64,000 nucleotides of DNA from contig CAWETW010000003.1 in assembly GCA_963812155.1 (NCBI GenBank), positions 640,001-704,000 on the forward strand. The letters are read 5' to 3'. This document shows, one piece after another, positions 62,465 to 64,000 of the stretch (position 1 is its first letter; each line of letters opens with the position of its first letter). The notes below the pieces were generated by a model that was given only the letters and a program-made list of their open reading frames with translations, had not been told where the DNA came from and ran no database searches. Position numbers and translations under genes: made by a program. This stretch comes from Vulcanimicrobiota bacterium. GTDB lineage: Bacteria; Vulcanimicrobiota; Vulcanimicrobiia; Vulcanimicrobiales; Vulcanimicrobiaceae.

Positions 62465-62957
62465 CTGGCCACCGACGCATCGTTCGACATCGTGTCGCGC
62501 ATCGACCGGCAAGAGCTGGACAACGCGCTCAATCAAGCGCGTAAGGAGATTGAGAACCGTTTCGATTTCAAGCACAGCAAGACGAGCATCGAAGCCGACG
62601 AGAAGAAGATTACGACTCGTCTCCGACGACGAATTGAAGATGCGTAACGTCATCGACGTGCTGCAAAGCAAGGCGATCAAACGCGGCGTCGACGTCAAGG
62701 CCTTCGAGTTCGGAGAAGTCGAACCGGCGGCCGGCAGCACGGTCCGGCAGATCATCACGCTGCGTGCCGGGATCCCCAAGGACAAGAGCAAGACGCTCGT
62801 CGAGAAAATCAAGTCGCTGAAGTTGAAAGTCAACGCGCAGTATCAAGACGAGCAGATTCGCGTCACCGGCAAGAACAAGGACGATCTGCAGAAAGTCATC
62901 GCCGCCCTGCGCGCGCTCGAGTTCGACCTTCCGCTGCAGTTCGTCAACTACCGGTAA
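62465..62957 (+). CDS. yajQ: YajQ-family nucleotide-binding protein (frameshift near 62615)
   Basis: [32 protein letters not shown] and LPLQFVNYR. Confidence 0.92.
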
Positions 62958-62969
62958 GCTCGCTCGCAA

Positions 62970-64000
62970 ATGAAATCCGTTGCGTTCGTGAGTTTGGGCT
63001 GTGCCAAGAATCTCGTCGACACCGAAGTGATGCTCGCCAAACTGGGCGGCGCCGGGTGGCGGCTCGAAGGCGACGCGCGCCGGGCCGACGCGGTCGTGAT
63101 CAACACGTGCGCGTTCATCGATCCGGCCAAAGCCGAATCGACGCAGACGATTCTCGAGCACGCCGCAGTCAAACGCGCCGGTCAACGCCTGATCGTTGCC
63201 GGCTGCCTGGCACAGCGGTACGGCGAGCAACTGCAGGCCCTCATTCCGGAAATCGACGGCATCGTCGGTACCGGTGCGTATGCGAGCATTGCCGAACTGC
63301 TCGACGAGATCGAGGCCGGAGCGCGGCCGGTGCGCTTGGACTTCGCGGCCGAACCCGAGCACGACTTTCTGCCGCGTTTGGTAACGACGCCGCGCGCGAC
63401 CGCGTATCTCAAAGATTGCCGAAGGCTGCGACCATCCGTGCACGTTCTGCATCATTCCGTCGTTACGCGGCGCGTTTCGCAGCCGGAGCGAGGAGTCGAT
63501 CGTCAAGGAAGCGCGCGCGCTCGCGTCCGGCGGCGCCAAAGAGCTGATTCTCATCGGGCAAGACACGTCGATGTGGGGACGGGATCGCGGCGTGCGCCGC
63601 GGCGGATTGGCGACGCTGCTGGAGCGGCTGCACGAGGTCGACGGCATCGAGTGGATTCGCCTGCTCTATCTGTATCCGGCGACCGTCGATCGAGAACTCG
63701 TGACCGCAATCGCCGATCTGCCGAAGGTCTGTAAGTACATGGACATGCCGCTGCAGCACGCCCATCCGGACGTGCTGCGCGCGATGCGCCGGCCGGCCAA
63801 CGGCGAGCGCTATCTCGAGATTTTGGCGGACTTTCGCGAGCGCGTTCCCGGCATCACGATGCGCTCGACGTTCATCGTCGGTTTTCCGGGCGAGACGGAA
63901 GAGCACGTCGCGTATTTGGAAGACTGGATCGGGCGAGCCGAACTCGATCGCGCGGGATTCTTCGAGTACAGCGCCGAGGAAGGGACGCCGGCAGCAGCCC
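62970..64000 (+). CDS. rimO: Ribosomal protein S12 methylthiotransferase, 3'-partial (frameshift near 63412)
   Basis: SLGCAKNLVD, NTCAFI, AYLK-IAEGCDHPCTFCIIP, WIRLLYLYP, DMPLQH and RSTFIVGFPGET. Confidence 0.93.

Overview
A high-GC bacterial chromosome segment made mostly of housekeeping genes. Gene content and protein style (TolC plus Firmicutes-like synteny, paralogous secreted phosphoesterases, an orphan peptide-binding protein) suggest Candidatus Eremiobacterota/Vulcanimicrobiota; this is an inference, not a database result. In order: partial glycoside hydrolase, pdxS-pdxT, HNH nuclease, Orn/Lys/Arg decarboxylase, R3H-AAA, tmk, an ECF sigma/anti-sigma cassette, holB, MTAP, ychF, GDH, an RND/beta-barrel/SGNH cluster, lipA-lipB-lpdA, MocR regulator, mutY, cysteine dioxygenase, nth, acyl-CoA dehydrogenase and scoAB, dnaK-grpE-dnaJ, htrA, a Yip1-TolC-MacAB-type exporter, rnj, a short IDH-like enzyme, ftsK, mqnE-mqnA-mqnC, mnmA, rodZ, yajQ and partial rimO. 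Many conserved genes carry single-base frameshifts that look like long-read errors. I found no tRNA, rRNA, CRISPR array or transposase. The most notable unexplained signals: (1) two inverted, gap-free, about 81% identical copies of a 106-bp palindromic element (33635-33740, 36818-36923) that sit on TAA stop codons and show compensatory base-pair changes; (2) a dispersed REP-like family with a tandem cluster at about 24.72-24.87 kb; (3) a 39-aa lipoprotein gene missing from the ORF track, upstream of the ECF cassette; (4) an RND pump with no adjacent adaptor gene, co-oriented with an unknown beta-barrel and an SGNH lipoprotein.
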